Positions 1 to 9,983 of a DNA stretch of 64,000 nucleotides are shown here, in pieces; position 1 is the stretch's first letter; each line of letters opens with the position of its first letter. The DNA comes from Candidatus Latescibacterota bacterium (lineage in GTDB: Bacteria; Latescibacterota; UBA2968; GCA-2709665). The translations under genes were made by a program, and so were the position numbers. Under the pieces are notes generated by a model. It saw only the letters and a list, made by a program, of their open reading frames with translations, did no database searches and had not been told where the DNA came from. Where the stretch lies: assembly GCA_965219455.1 (NCBI GenBank), contig OZ244744.1, forward strand, positions 5,600,001-5,664,000, in the 5' to 3' direction.

Positions 1-76
1 TCCCTGTCAGGACTTCCAATTCGTCGAATCGCTTATGCACAGCTTCGAATTGGACCGCAACGCCATTCTTTGCCAT
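1..76 (-). CDS. ABC transporter ATP-binding protein, MlaF-like (N-terminus only; runs off the window)
   Basis: Manual translation from ATG at 76: MAKNGVAVQFEAVHKRFDELEVLTG, a typical ABC ATPase first strand; directly downstream of an MlaE-like permease. Confidence 0.7.
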   Translation of the reverse strand, partial: MAKNGVAVQFEAVHKRFDELEVLTG

Positions 77-143
77 TATTCTACCTATTGAACGAAACCC
101 AAGGACGGTAGGGCCCACAACCGAATTGGAGGATAAAACGATA

Positions 144-968
144 TCAATAAAGCAATGTTTTGGTCAGGAAGTAGTCGAGAATCAATATTGAGGCCGCAGA
201 AATCACCACCGCCGACGTCGCCGCACGGCCCACGCCCTGCGCCCCACCCGTTGCCGACAGTCCGGCGTAAGAACCGTAAAAGGTGATCAACCCCCCGTAA
301 ACCACGGACTTGATCAGGCATACCACGAGATCGTATGAACTGAAGTCCAGCTTCATTCCTTTGACAAAATCCGCAACCGTTATATCCATTAGAAGAATAG
401 ACATCACATAGCCTGCATAGATCGACGTGAAGGCAGAGAATACCACCAGCACGGGAATCATTACGATGCCGGCGAGCACCCGCGGCATGAGGAGGTAACC
501 AACCGGGTCCACTGCAAGGGAAACCAGCGCATCCACCTGTTCGGAAACCTTCATTGTGCCCACTTCCGATGCAATGCCCGCACCCACCTGACCGGCCAGA
601 ACCAGCCCCATGAGAATCGGCGCCAGTTCCAGGAGCACGGAGCGGACAACGATGCTGCCCACCATATAGTCCGGGACGTAGTCCTCCATCTGGTAGGCCA
701 TCATTGTGGATACGGCCATTCCGCTGAACGCCGAAACAAGGATGACCAGAGACAACGAATTCACACCAACCGAGTAACACTGTTCGACGATTTGCCGCCT
801 GTAGAAGTAAACGTTCGGCAGTTCGCCAAGAAGCCGGCGAAAATATTCGTACATCGAATGGGTCAGCAACAGAAAGCGGGCGGTCTTCAGGCCCAGGAAT
901 TCCATCAATCGTTTCACGGGGTTATTCCGGCAAAAGATCGGCGACCTTTCGCAACCGCTCGCGGGCAT
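144..968 (-). CDS. mlaE: MlaE-family ABC permease (phospholipid transport)
   Basis: Motifs ELAPILMGLVLAGQVGAGIASEVGTMKVSEQVDAL and GGAQGVGRAATSAVV; start uncertain (968 or 905). Confidence 0.9.
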   Translation of the reverse strand: MPASGCERSPIFCRNNPVKRLMEFLGLKTARFLLLTHSMYEYFRRLLGELPNVYFYRRQIVEQCYSVGVNSLSLVILVSAFSGMAVSTMMAYQMEDYVPDYMVGSIVVRSVLLELAPILMGLVLAGQVGAGIASEVGTMKVSEQVDALVSLAVDPVGYLLMPRVLAGIVMIPVLVVFSAFTSIYAGYVMSILLMDITVADFVKGMKLDFSSYDLVVCLIKSVVYGGLITFYGSYAGLSATGGAQGVGRAATSAVVISAASILILDYFLTKTLLY

Positions 969-1306
969 TCCGAGGAGGCAGCGGCTCAAGAGGCCTGTGC
1001 GGTCGGATGGGCGCAACGACGAAGCGCGAATACCACGATGCGATTCCGCCCACAGACACACGGAGCGGAGGGTGTGAACAATCCGGTCCGGGATTTTCGT
1101 GGGCGAGCCATCCTGGAAACGATCAGGCCTCTCGAAAAATCGGCAACCGGTACCGTCTTCGAATCAGGCGGGCCCCGATGAGCTCCAAACCGGAACCGCT
1201 CTCAATTTAACCATTAAATTCAGTTGGATCAACGACTTTATGCTTCTCTTGCATTGCCGGCTCTACAGCTGAACCGACTCGCCGTTCAGGTCTTGGTACC
1301 AACAAC

Positions 1307-1340
1307 AAAAATGCGGGTGAGGGAAAGCCCCCTACCCGCA
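1307..1340 (-). terminator. Intrinsic terminator after the sigma factor gene
   Basis: TGCGGGT(G)AGGG/CCCTACCCGCA stem followed by a T-tract on the minus strand. Confidence 0.65.
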
Positions 1341-1354
1341 CGTGATAGCGCCGC

Positions 1355-1396
1355 TGCCGATGCCTGCCTGCCGCGCCCGCGGCGCAGGCATCGGCA
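1355..1396. repeat. CCTGCCTG-type palindromic REP-like element
   Basis: TGCCGATGCCTGC...GCAGGCATCGGCA inverted repeat; core CCTGCCTGCCGCGCC..CGCGGCGCAGGCA also occurs at 54125-54157. Confidence 0.6.
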
Positions 1397-2368
1397 TCAG
1401 ACCTGATCCTGCCAGGACTCTTCGGCGCGCACGCGTTGCTTGAAATATCTCCGCAGCTTGCCCAGGGCGCGATTTCGGATCTGGCGTACACGTTCCCGTG
1501 TGACACCCAGTTCTCTGCCAATCTCGCCGAGTGTCATTCGATCTCCGCCTTCCAGGCCGAAATAGGACCGGATGACTTTTGCCTCCCTGGTGTCGAGACT
1601 ACCCGCGAGGGAGGCGCTGATCAGTTCGGTGCGGTCTCTTTCCAGGACCTCCAGATCCGGGTGGGCTTCATCGCAGTCGAGCACCTGCAACAGGGTCTTT
1701 TCTCCTTCCGCGTCGATGGGAGATTCGAGGGAGAGGTCCGACCGTGCACACCGAAGCGCACGCTCCGCACGCTTCCGACTGATCTTCATATCACTTGCTA
1801 CCTCGTCCACCGTGGGCACCCGGCCCAACTCCTGGGTCATCTGTCCCCACCGCCGGGCCATGCGATCCATATCCTCCTGCCGGTTGGCCGGCATGGACAC
1901 CGCGGACGTACGTTTCAGCGCATTCAATATTGCCTGGCGTATCCACCAGACGGCATAGCTGATGAACTTATACCCCCGGGTTTCGTCAAACCGGTTCAGG
2001 GCCTCCATCAACCCCATGTTGCCTTCGGCGATCAGATCTGAGAGTGGCACCCCGCGGCCCTGGTACTCGAGGGCAACGCTCACGACAAAACGCAAGTTGG
2101 AGGTGACGAGCCGTTCGATCGCCCTTGGATCACCCTTACGGGCCCGAGTGAGGGTTTCCGTCTCCTCTTTGCGCGTCATGGGCGGATACCGGCGAAGTTC
2201 CTTCAGATATCGCTGTACAGAGGCGTCGTGAGGCAGACGCTTCTTTGTGGTTTCCTTGAAATCCACGGCGGATAACAACCCTTTTTCGGCACTGAAGCCG
2301 CCGCCCAATTTCACCGGCGTTTCCGGAAAGGATATGGAGCGACGTACGCTTGGAACGATTTGGGACAT
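1397..2368 (-). CDS. RNA polymerase sigma-70 factor, RpoD/SigA-like (no region 1.1)
   Basis: Region 1.2 YLKELRRYP, region 2 SNLRFVVSVA..DLIAEGNMGL..GYKFISYAVWWIRQAI, region 4 TLGEIGRELGVTRERVRQI; start placed at ATG 2368, downstream of the tRNA terminator. Confidence 0.93.
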   Translation of the reverse strand: MSQIVPSVRRSISFPETPVKLGGGFSAEKGLLSAVDFKETTKKRLPHDASVQRYLKELRRYPPMTRKEETETLTRARKGDPRAIERLVTSNLRFVVSVALEYQGRGVPLSDLIAEGNMGLMEALNRFDETRGYKFISYAVWWIRQAILNALKRTSAVSMPANRQEDMDRMARRWGQMTQELGRVPTVDEVASDMKISRKRAERALRCARSDLSLESPIDAEGEKTLLQVLDCDEAHPDLEVLERDRTELISASLAGSLDTREAKVIRSYFGLEGGDRMTLGEIGRELGVTRERVRQIRNRALGKLRRYFKQRVRAEESWQDQV

Positions 2369-2470
2369 CGAAAGTTCCACTTTCCTCAGTTCCTCCAAGC
2401 GAGTCGAGTACCACGTCCTTACACCGGGACCGCGATCGGAGTGCGATACCCCGTATTCCCACGAGACGCC

Positions 2471-2511
2471 AAAAAAAGTCGAGCCGTCGAATATTCGACG
2501 GCTCGACTTTT
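2471..2511 (-). terminator. Intrinsic terminator after tRNA-Arg (perfect 38-bp palindrome)
   Basis: AAAAGTCGAGCCGTCGAATATTCGACGGCTCGACTTTT at 2474-2511, ending in T7 on the minus strand. Confidence 0.85.
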
Positions 2512-2520
2512 CAACAGGAA

Positions 2521-2598
2521 TGGTGGGACATACAGGATTCGAACCTGTGACCTCTGGTTCCGGAGACCAGCGCTCTATCCAGGCTGAGCTAATGCCCC
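2521..2598 (-). tRNA. tRNA-Arg(CCG)
   Basis: Reverse complement GGGGCATTAGCTCAGCCTGGATAGAGCGCTGGTCTCCGGAACCAGAGGTCACAGGTTCGAATCCTGTATGTCCCACCA: cloverleaf, anticodon CCG, TTCGAA T-loop, encoded CCA. Confidence 0.97.
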
Positions 2599-2612
2599 CG
2601 TTGAATAAGCGG

Positions 2613-2702
2613 TCAGGCTTTCTTGTGGCGATCTCTTCTGCGACGTTTCTTGCGCTTGTGAGTCGCGATCTTGTGGCGCTTTCGTTTTCTTCCGCAGGGC
2701 AA
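2613..2702 (-). CDS. 29-aa basic protein, ribosomal protein bS22 / AURKAIP1-COX24-like
   Basis: TTG start with SD AAGGAGGAG; MPCGRKRKRHKIATHKRKKRRRRDRHKKA matches the Bacteroidetes-type bS22 pattern; below the ORF-track size cutoff. Confidence 0.85.
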   Translation of the reverse strand: MPCGRKRKRHKIATHKRKKRRRRDRHKKA

Positions 2703-2749
2703 GTAATACTCCTCCTTGTCAAACTATCGATGGCACGGGTACAGACCGC

Positions 2750-3028
2750 CTATTCACCTGTGAGGCCCACCCGCAATTCCCTGGAAGGTTTGAAAACCGG
2801 CGCAGGGCGTTCTGGAATTTTTACGACGTCGCCCGTTTTGGGATTTCGCCCTATCCGGGGTGCCCGGGTCACGACCTTGAACGTCCCAAACCCTCGAATT
2901 TCGATGTGCTCGCCATGCTGCAATGCCGCCACTACCGAGTCGAGGAAACCCTCCACGACAGCCGCCGTATCCGATTTCGGCAACCCCGTGGCCTCTGCAA
3001 TCTGATTGACGATATCGGCTTTGGTCAC
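2750..3028 (-). CDS. hup: HU/IHF family DNA-binding protein
   Basis: MTKADIVNQIAEATGL..IEIRGFGTF..GRNPKTG..PVFKPS; GTG start with SD AAGGGGA. Confidence 0.95.
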   Translation of the reverse strand: MTKADIVNQIAEATGLPKSDTAAVVEGFLDSVVAALQHGEHIEIRGFGTFKVVTRAPRIGRNPKTGDVVKIPERPAPVFKPSRELRVGLTGE

Positions 3029-3100
3029 CGAATCCCCTTTCGAAACTGGCATGTAACACAACGAATAACCGACCGGGCGAATTGGTTCGGACAAGCGAAA

Positions 3101-3129
3101 AGGATATACAAATGGAGACGCTTTGTCAA
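3101..3129 (-). promoter_or_regulatory. Sigma-70 promoter for hup-bS22-tRNA
   Basis: TTGACA-17 bp-TATCCT on the minus strand. Confidence 0.7.
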
Positions 3130-3140
3130 CAAAAAACAGC

Positions 3141-4925
3141 TTACCCGTGCACGCCGCCGATGTATTGTAGTTGGTGAAGCCGGTGATAGATGCCCCTTCG
3201 CGCCAACAAGGCTTCGTGTGTGCCCGCTTCTCGAATTTCGCCTTTATGAAGTACCAGAATCCGATGAGCGCTCCGGACGGTTGAAATTCGATGCGCGATT
3301 ACGATGGAAGTCCTCGACCGCATCAGTCTGCCCAACGCATCCTGAATCCAGGCCTCCGTTTCCGTGTCTACGCTGGACGTGGCTTCGTCCAGAACCAGAA
3401 TATCGGGTTCAAATGCGATCGCCCGGGCAAAGGCCAGCAGTTGGCGTTGTCCGCCGGACAGGGTACCGCCCCTTTCCGTGACGGCATGTCCGTATCCCGC
3501 GGATAATCGACTGATAAACCGGTCCGCGTTTACGTCCCGCGCGGCCTGTTCGACTTTGTGCTGTGCGATTTCGGCGTTTCTCAGGCGGATATTCGCGCCA
3601 ATGTCCCCTGAAAATATAAATACATCCTGTTGGACGACGCCAACGCGCCGCCTTAGAGCGTCGACGTCCCACTCCCGTATGTCGACCCCGTCAATTCGAA
3701 TCTGCCCACGTTGAACGTCATAGAACCTGCACAGCAGGTTGATAATGGTTGTCTTTCCGGAACCCGTCGCGCCGACAATGGCCAGCCGTTCCCCTGGTTT
3801 CACGAGGAACGAGACGTCTTTCAGTACCCATTCTTCGTCGTCGTAGGCAAACCAGACATTTGAAAATTCTATCTCGCCCCGGATCTTCTTCGGCCCTGCC
3901 TTTCCAGGGCTGGGCTCCGGCTCGGTATCCAGGAGTTCAAATATCCGCTCTGACGACGCCATTGCCGCCTGCAGGATCGCGTACCGTTCAGCGACGTCCA
4001 GAATGGGCCAGAAGAACCGCGGGATGTACTGCAGCATGGCGACCAGCGCGCCCCACTCGATCTGAGACCGGACCACATCGTTGCTACCCTGCCATATAAC
4101 GAGCGCCGTGGCCACGGAGCCAAGCAACTGCATGATTGGAAAATAGAGCGAATAATAAAACGTCGACTCCAGATTTGCGTTCAGATATCGGCCGTTGATT
4201 CCATCAAATCGATCTGCATGCCGGCCTTCACGACCAAAGAGCTGCACCACCGACATACCGGTGATGTTTTCCTGCAAATAAGCGTTCAAACGCGCCAATC
4301 GGCTGCGCGCAAAGCGAAATGCCCGTAACATGCGACCCTGAAACCAGAACGTCACGCCAAACATTACGGGCACCGTCGCGCAGACCAACAGGGCCAGTGA
4401 AGCGTCCATGTAGAACATATACGCCATAATCGCGATCAGCGTGAAGATATCGCTGAACACGGCCACAACCCCATCCGTAAACAACTCGTTGAGCGCGTCT
4501 ACGTCGTTGGTATTGCGGGTCATCAGGCGACCGATGGGCGTGCGATCGAAGAATCGAATGGGCAGCCGCTGAAGGTGCGCAAAGATCGCTTTACGTATAT
4601 CGTACATCACCCACTGTCCAACCGTCTGGGTGACCAGCCTCTGAGCCACGTCGGCCAGGAACTGAAACACAAGCAGCCCGACAAACACCAGCACGATCCG
4701 GTTCAGGCCCGCCAAATCTCCCGGAAGGATATGGTCGTCCACGGCGATCTTGCTCAAATAGGGACCGGCCTGCCTGGATGCCGACGTCAAGAGAATCAGG
4801 AAAAAGGCGACAATCACCCAGAGCGAATATGGCTTGAGATAACCCAGAAGGCGCCACATCAGCCGCGCATCGAACGGCTTCTGGGTTACCTCTTCTTCGT
4901 GCATATCACGGGTTGGTTCAGACAT
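3141..4925 (-). CDS. ABC exporter, fused permease/ATPase (MdlB-like subunit)
   Basis: TM domain, Walker A GATGSGKT, LSGGQRQ, ILVLDEATS, H-loop IAHR. Confidence 0.93.
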   Translation of the reverse strand: MSEPTRDMHEEEVTQKPFDARLMWRLLGYLKPYSLWVIVAFFLILLTSASRQAGPYLSKIAVDDHILPGDLAGLNRIVLVFVGLLVFQFLADVAQRLVTQTVGQWVMYDIRKAIFAHLQRLPIRFFDRTPIGRLMTRNTNDVDALNELFTDGVVAVFSDIFTLIAIMAYMFYMDASLALLVCATVPVMFGVTFWFQGRMLRAFRFARSRLARLNAYLQENITGMSVVQLFGREGRHADRFDGINGRYLNANLESTFYYSLYFPIMQLLGSVATALVIWQGSNDVVRSQIEWGALVAMLQYIPRFFWPILDVAERYAILQAAMASSERIFELLDTEPEPSPGKAGPKKIRGEIEFSNVWFAYDDEEWVLKDVSFLVKPGERLAIVGATGSGKTTIINLLCRFYDVQRGQIRIDGVDIREWDVDALRRRVGVVQQDVFIFSGDIGANIRLRNAEIAQHKVEQAARDVNADRFISRLSAGYGHAVTERGGTLSGGQRQLLAFARAIAFEPDILVLDEATSSVDTETEAWIQDALGRLMRSRTSIVIAHRISTVRSAHRILVLHKGEIREAGTHEALLARRGIYHRLHQLQYIGGVHG

Positions 4926-4965
4926 TCAGGGTTCACACTCCCGGGCAGCTGCGGATTCTGGGGGC

Positions 4966-6747
4966 TTAGATCTCCTCCAGCTCGCGGGTCAATTGCTGCC
5001 GCCGGTGCATGCCGGCATAAATGCCCCCATGGCTGATCAGCTCGTTGTGCGTGCCCAGTTCCACAATCACGCCTTCATCCAGCACCACGATCTGATCCGC
5101 GTCCTGCACGGTTGAAATCCGGTGCGCAATCAGAATGGTGGTTCTGGACGCCATCACCTTACGCAGACGATTCAATATCTTCTCTTCAGTCTGTGTATCG
5201 ACGCTGGCGAGCGCATCATCCAGGATCAGAATCGCCGGTCGACGGATCACCGCGCGCGCCAACGCCGTACGCTGCTTCTGCCCACCCGACAGCGTGACGC
5301 CACGCTCTCCGATCACCGTTTCGATTCCCTGCGGGAAATCCGATAGATCGCTCGAAAGACCGGCAACGTCGCTCGCCCACAGTACGTCGGCCTCCGTTGC
5401 CCGGTCACGACCCAGGCAGATATTCTCTCGAAGCGAGTCCGAGAAAAGGAACGTATCCTGCGGCACAAAACCGATGGACGCCCGGAGCGTAGCCAACGGG
5501 ATGTCATCCACCGGAATGCCATCGATCAGCACGGCACCCCTTGTCGCAAGGAGCAGGCGAGGGATCAGTCGAGCCAGGGTGGTCTTTCCCGAACCCACGC
5601 GTCCAACCAGCGCCAGACTGCTGCCCCTGGGAATATGCAGATCGATGTTTTTCAATACCTGCACACCATTGTAGGAAAAGGTCAGATTCCGGAACTCGAT
5701 CTCGCCGCCGAGCGCCCCGATTGCCCTCACGTGCGCCGAATCCTGAATTTCGGGTGTTATCGAGAGAATTTCTTCAATCCGCTTCATGGACGCCAGGCCC
5801 CGCTGATACCGGTCGATCATCCATCCCAATGTAATCATCGGAAAAATCAGCTTGGTCAAGTAGGCGTTGAATGCCACAAAATCACCCAGAGTCAGCCGCT
5901 CCTCGATCACATGCGCGCCCCCAACCCAGAGAATGACCGCCAGCGACGCGCCGCTGATCAGAAAGGTCAGCGGAAAAAGAAGGCTCTGAATGCGAATCAG
6001 CCTGTGGTTCTTGACCAGGTAGTCCCGGTTCAATTCGTCGAACGCATCCATCTCCGCCCTCCCCTGGGCGAATGCCTTTACCACCCGGATGCCGGACAGG
6101 TTTTCCTGAACGCGGGTACTGATTCGCGAGAACTGTTCCTGCACGGACCGAAACCCGTGGTGGACCCTGCCGGCCAGACGGTTCATAACCAGCGCCATCA
6201 CGGGCATCGGCAGCACTGCAAAAATTGCCAGTTCCCAGTCGATCCAGCACATCACCGCCATGCTCAGGGTAAGGCCCAACACCGCGCCAAACAGCATGCG
6301 TACGCCGAACCCGAGAAACATACGGACGGCGTTCAGGTCGTTGGTAGCCCGGGATATCAGATCCCCGGTTGGCGTCTGATGGAAGTAGCTCAGAGACAGT
6401 CTCAACAACACCTTGAAATAATCCCGTCGAATATCATACTCAACCAGCCGAGAAACGCTGATCAGGCACCAGCGCATGCCCATTTCCAGCGCCATCTGCA
6501 CCACTGCAAGCCCGAGAATCAACAATACCCAAGAAAGAACCTGCTCGCCGACGCTCCCCCCCGACAGCTCGACCCCGCCCTGCGCACCGTACAGCCGTTC
6601 CTTTACCAGATCGACCGACTCTCTTAACGCAAGCGGAATCGCGCTGGACGCCAGTTGCCCGATCGACAACAGCAGCAGACCCACCAGTATACGTCTGCTG
6701 TAGGGTTTCAGATACGTCCAGAAGGGTCTGAATGGATTAAGAGTCAT
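4966..6747 (-). CDS. ABC exporter, fused permease/ATPase (MdlA-like subunit, degenerate Walker B)
   Basis: GRVGSGKT, LSGGQKQ, ILILDDALA (catalytic E replaced by D, as in heterodimeric exporters); start uncertain. Confidence 0.93.
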   Translation of the reverse strand: MTLNPFRPFWTYLKPYSRRILVGLLLLSIGQLASSAIPLALRESVDLVKERLYGAQGGVELSGGSVGEQVLSWVLLILGLAVVQMALEMGMRWCLISVSRLVEYDIRRDYFKVLLRLSLSYFHQTPTGDLISRATNDLNAVRMFLGFGVRMLFGAVLGLTLSMAVMCWIDWELAIFAVLPMPVMALVMNRLAGRVHHGFRSVQEQFSRISTRVQENLSGIRVVKAFAQGRAEMDAFDELNRDYLVKNHRLIRIQSLLFPLTFLISGASLAVILWVGGAHVIEERLTLGDFVAFNAYLTKLIFPMITLGWMIDRYQRGLASMKRIEEILSITPEIQDSAHVRAIGALGGEIEFRNLTFSYNGVQVLKNIDLHIPRGSSLALVGRVGSGKTTLARLIPRLLLATRGAVLIDGIPVDDIPLATLRASIGFVPQDTFLFSDSLRENICLGRDRATEADVLWASDVAGLSSDLSDFPQGIETVIGERGVTLSGGQKQRTALARAVIRRPAILILDDALASVDTQTEEKILNRLRKVMASRTTILIAHRISTVQDADQIVVLDEGVIVELGTHNELISHGGIYAGMHRRQQLTRELEEI

Positions 6748-6832
6748 TGGCGAATCCGATGGACATTTTGTTTCGTTGTACCAATGTGCCAATATTTGAT
6801 CAAGGATCCGTGTGGCACCGGGCGTGGGTCCC

Positions 6833-7225
6833 CTATACGTCTGCGTGCCACCGGTAGACGTCCAGATCGACTTTTCCCTTCACGAAGGTCACACCTTCGG
6901 CTTCCAGGAGCCTTTCCTGGACCAAATGCGCCTTCCTGGCTCCCACGCGAATCGACACGGCCCCCCGCGCGTTAATCACCCGATGCCACGGACATTTCGT
7001 GCCTACCGGCAATGCCTTAAGCGCCTGCCCCACCTGCCTGGGGCCCACGCCCGCGATCCCGGCAATCTGGCCGTAGGTGGCCACGGTACCTTCGGGAATC
7101 CGACCGACCACCCGATAGATCCTTCGAAATGTTCGCTCAAATTCCGGCATGCCCGGGACGACCCTTTCGAAGACGATTGATCCCTCCAGATCCGGCGCCC
7201 TGAGTTCGTGCTCTTTCCCGGACAT
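6833..7225 (-). CDS. Alkyltransferase-like protein (ATL/MGMT family)
   Basis: IPEGTVATYGQIA..PRQVGQAL..PWHRVINARG; PWHRV in place of catalytic PCHRV. Confidence 0.88.
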   Translation of the reverse strand: MSGKEHELRAPDLEGSIVFERVVPGMPEFERTFRRIYRVVGRIPEGTVATYGQIAGIAGVGPRQVGQALKALPVGTKCPWHRVINARGAVSIRVGARKAHLVQERLLEAEGVTFVKGKVDLDVYRWHADV

Positions 7226-7229
7226 AACT

Positions 7230-8303
7230 CTAGGGACCGCCAGCCTGCCGCTTCCTTTCATCGATTTCCCGCAACCACGCCTCCAGATACCGTTCCGGGT
7301 CCGTTTGCGACGCACATTCCTTGAGGAGCCGGACGGCGGCCTTGATATCGTGACCGAGCGTCCGGTACACGCGATCGAAGATATCCGCTTTTTCGTGGTA
7401 CGTTCGATAGGCCATCATCACGGCGTTATTCAATCGCCGCCGCGGAAAACGAGAATACGCGTCGGACCTTAAATCCAAATTGGCAAACCGGTTTTTTGCC
7501 CGTTCAAATATGACCTCTCTCTCTTTTAGCTTCTCGTCATAGGAGAGTTCCGAGCCGTAGAGCGCTTTCAGTTCTTCCGCAACGGTGTGCATGAATCGAT
7601 TGAACGTCCTTTCGTCGGACCGCATGTCCAACAGGACCCTTACAACGGCGGCCTCTTTTCCGTGACGCTTCTGCATGAACAACAAGGCGCCGGCCTCCCC
7701 CACAAAGGTCGCCATGTTTTCATTGAAGGAGACCTGGCCCGGAATCCAGACCGTCGCATGGGCCAACTCGTGGATGACGAGTTCTGCCAGGTTCCCGTCT
7801 CGATACCGGAGCATCGTGCTCAGGATCGGATCCTCAAACCAGCCCAGCGTGCTGTAAGCGCCTACGGAGCGCAGAGAAGTATCGTAGTTTTGCGCCTCAA
7901 GTCGATCCCGATCCTTTTTCGCCCGGTCCAGGTCAAAATAACCCCGGTAGGGAAATCGTCCCACTACCGGGTACGTCCATTGAACCGGCTCGAGCCGGTC
8001 CTTCGGCGACGCGGTCAGTTGCCACGAAACCGGTCCTTCGCCGATATCGATATAGGAACTGTAATTCCGGGATCGGGCAAGCCCGATCCGTTTCTCCGCG
8101 AACCGTCGCACCTCCTGGATGAAATCGAGCCGTTCCCGAACGGTTGGATCCAGGTCCGGCCGCGCCAGTAAACTCGAGATTGGCTGCCGGTTCCAGAGCA
8201 ATTTCGCCTGGCCCCGGACAAGGTGCAAATAGTATCCAAGTTCCGGATTCAAGCTGCAAATCAGGGGCAAGAGAACGATCATGGCCGAGTGGGACCGGCT
8301 CAT
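7230..8303 (-). CDS. Putative zinc aminopeptidase (DUF2265-like)
   Basis: YRGYF, VGAYSTLGWFEDP, IHELAH zinc motif, FNENMATFV. Confidence 0.85.
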   Translation of the reverse strand: MSRSHSAMIVLLPLICSLNPELGYYLHLVRGQAKLLWNRQPISSLLARPDLDPTVRERLDFIQEVRRFAEKRIGLARSRNYSSYIDIGEGPVSWQLTASPKDRLEPVQWTYPVVGRFPYRGYFDLDRAKKDRDRLEAQNYDTSLRSVGAYSTLGWFEDPILSTMLRYRDGNLAELVIHELAHATVWIPGQVSFNENMATFVGEAGALLFMQKRHGKEAAVVRVLLDMRSDERTFNRFMHTVAEELKALYGSELSYDEKLKEREVIFERAKNRFANLDLRSDAYSRFPRRRLNNAVMMAYRTYHEKADIFDRVYRTLGHDIKAAVRLLKECASQTDPERYLEAWLREIDERKRQAGGP

Positions 8304-8887
8304 TGCAACCGTTCCACATCCATGAAATAGTAACAGATGATGTGCTGCAGAACCATATGCATGTCCTCAACTCTTCCCATGTGGTCCGACTCCACCACAA
8401 CACAATCATGCGCCAGATCTTTCAACTTTCCGCCACCGAACCCTGAAAAACCGACTGTATGACAGCCCATCCCGTTTGCAAAACGCACGGCACGGAGTAC
8501 GTTTTCGGAATTCCCGCTCCCGCTGATAGCCAGCAATACGTCCCCCGGTTCCGCGAAATTCCTCATCTGCTCCACAAACACGTCCTCGTAACTCAGGTCG
8601 TTGCTCAACGCCGTCATCCACTCCACGTTGTCGGTCAGTGGAATCACCTTGAAGCGGGTCTCGCGGCCGACCGATGCCCCCTTTCCCATATCGTTCACGA
8701 AGTGGGAGGCCGTACCGGCACTCCCTCCGTTCCCTATGGCAAAGATCCGCTTGCCGGAGTCCCTGGCCTCACGCATGAGCGCGATGACAGACGCGATATC
8801 CCTGGGATTCAACGATGCCAATAGTTTTTCGTTTTCCCGAATATATCTCGCGGCAAAGGATTCGACGGAATCCATGTGATTCTCCAA
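8300..8887 (-). CDS. SIS-domain phosphosugar isomerase (GmhA-like)
   Basis: GNGGSAGTASHF, ISGSGNSENV, VEDMH. Confidence 0.88.
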   Translation of the reverse strand: MENHMDSVESFAARYIRENEKLLASLNPRDIASVIALMREARDSGKRIFAIGNGGSAGTASHFVNDMGKGASVGRETRFKVIPLTDNVEWMTALSNDLSYEDVFVEQMRNFAEPGDVLLAISGSGNSENVLRAVRFANGMGCHTVGFSGFGGGKLKDLAHDCVVVESDHMGRVEDMHMVLQHIICYYFMDVERLQ

Positions 8888-8944
8888 TGTATCGACTCAA
8901 TCTCTTTCGGGGCGTTGTTCAGGTATTCTCGCAGCACAGTCCGT

Positions 8945-9823
8945 TCAGCCACGTGAGTTCAGTCCCGCCGCCTGCCACGCGTCGTCCAGCCCTCGATGGG
9001 TCACGCGTACGGCTTCGGCCGCATCCAGCTCCCTCACCTTCCGGCTGAATGGCTCTGGTGTCACGGGCCCGGCGTACCCGATCTCATTCAACACTTTCAA
9101 GAAACCCACCAGGTCGATTACGCCGGTCTCGGACGGGCATGCGCGAACCTGATCCCTCTGTTCCTCCACGGCCACTCCGGCCGGCGCATCGTTCACGTGG
9201 ACGTGGATGACATCGTGCGGTGTGAGTCCCTTGAGGTCCGCAAGTATTCCCAGCGAGGTATACCAATGCCAGCAGTCCAGCAACAGACCCGCATTTCCGG
9301 TTCCCAGCGCCTCACAGAGTCCCAGCATCCCCCCAATCGAATAGATAAACCCGTACTTTCTCCCGAGACGACTGGTTCGCGGTCCGATGAACTCCAGGCC
9401 AAGGCTGCACCCGTGGTCCTTCAACACTTCACATATCGGCCGGAAGCGGCTCAGACACCAACGAAATTGCTCTCGAAAGGGCCGCTCATCGGAAGCGGGT
9501 GTAACCCACTGAGACACCCGGTACGCACCCACCGATGCACCGGAGGCGGCATACTTCGGTAATGCCCGCAGATCACGTTCGAAATCCTCCTGAGGACCGT
9601 CCCAGACGACCGGCAATCCCCACGCACCGATCTTCAGACCAGCATCGGAAAACAACCCTCTGACGTCGTCTGCACCGCTTTCATGTACGAGCCGCGCCAC
9701 CTCGCGGATGTTAACGTCCAGACCTTGAAATCCCCCGTTCTTTGCATACACCAGTCCTTCCACGAGCGTCGCGTTGACCCCGATGGCGCCCGGCGCCAGG
9801 CACTTGAACATGCGGTCCTCCAT
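8945..9823 (-). CDS. Sugar phosphate isomerase/epimerase (xylose isomerase-like TIM barrel)
   Basis: LGLEF, LLLDCWHW, HVHVNDA, VTPEPF metal ligands. Confidence 0.85.
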   Translation of the reverse strand: MEDRMFKCLAPGAIGVNATLVEGLVYAKNGGFQGLDVNIREVARLVHESGADDVRGLFSDAGLKIGAWGLPVVWDGPQEDFERDLRALPKYAASGASVGAYRVSQWVTPASDERPFREQFRWCLSRFRPICEVLKDHGCSLGLEFIGPRTSRLGRKYGFIYSIGGMLGLCEALGTGNAGLLLDCWHWYTSLGILADLKGLTPHDVIHVHVNDAPAGVAVEEQRDQVRACPSETGVIDLVGFLKVLNEIGYAGPVTPEPFSRKVRELDAAEAVRVTHRGLDDAWQAAGLNSRG

Positions 9824-9983
9824 TGTCCGTTAAGTCCAGGGGAAACTGCGGTGCGCGGTCAGCCGGACCGGCGTCCGCATTTGATTTGCCGCCGCCGCCC
9901 AAAGCCTGGTACGGTAAACCGAATGGCCAATCCGGCGCGAACCGGCCGGGGCAGGACAATGTTCAGTATTCCGAATACCGCGA

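Noticed and set aside
2521-2598. tRNA-Arg as an integration site for an island
   Set aside because: No integrase nearby and no duplicated tRNA 3' end noticed in the window
2369-2722. Long N-terminal extension of the sigma factor (441-aa ORF)
   Set aside because: It runs across the tRNA, its terminator and the bS22-like gene; an artefact of taking the most upstream start
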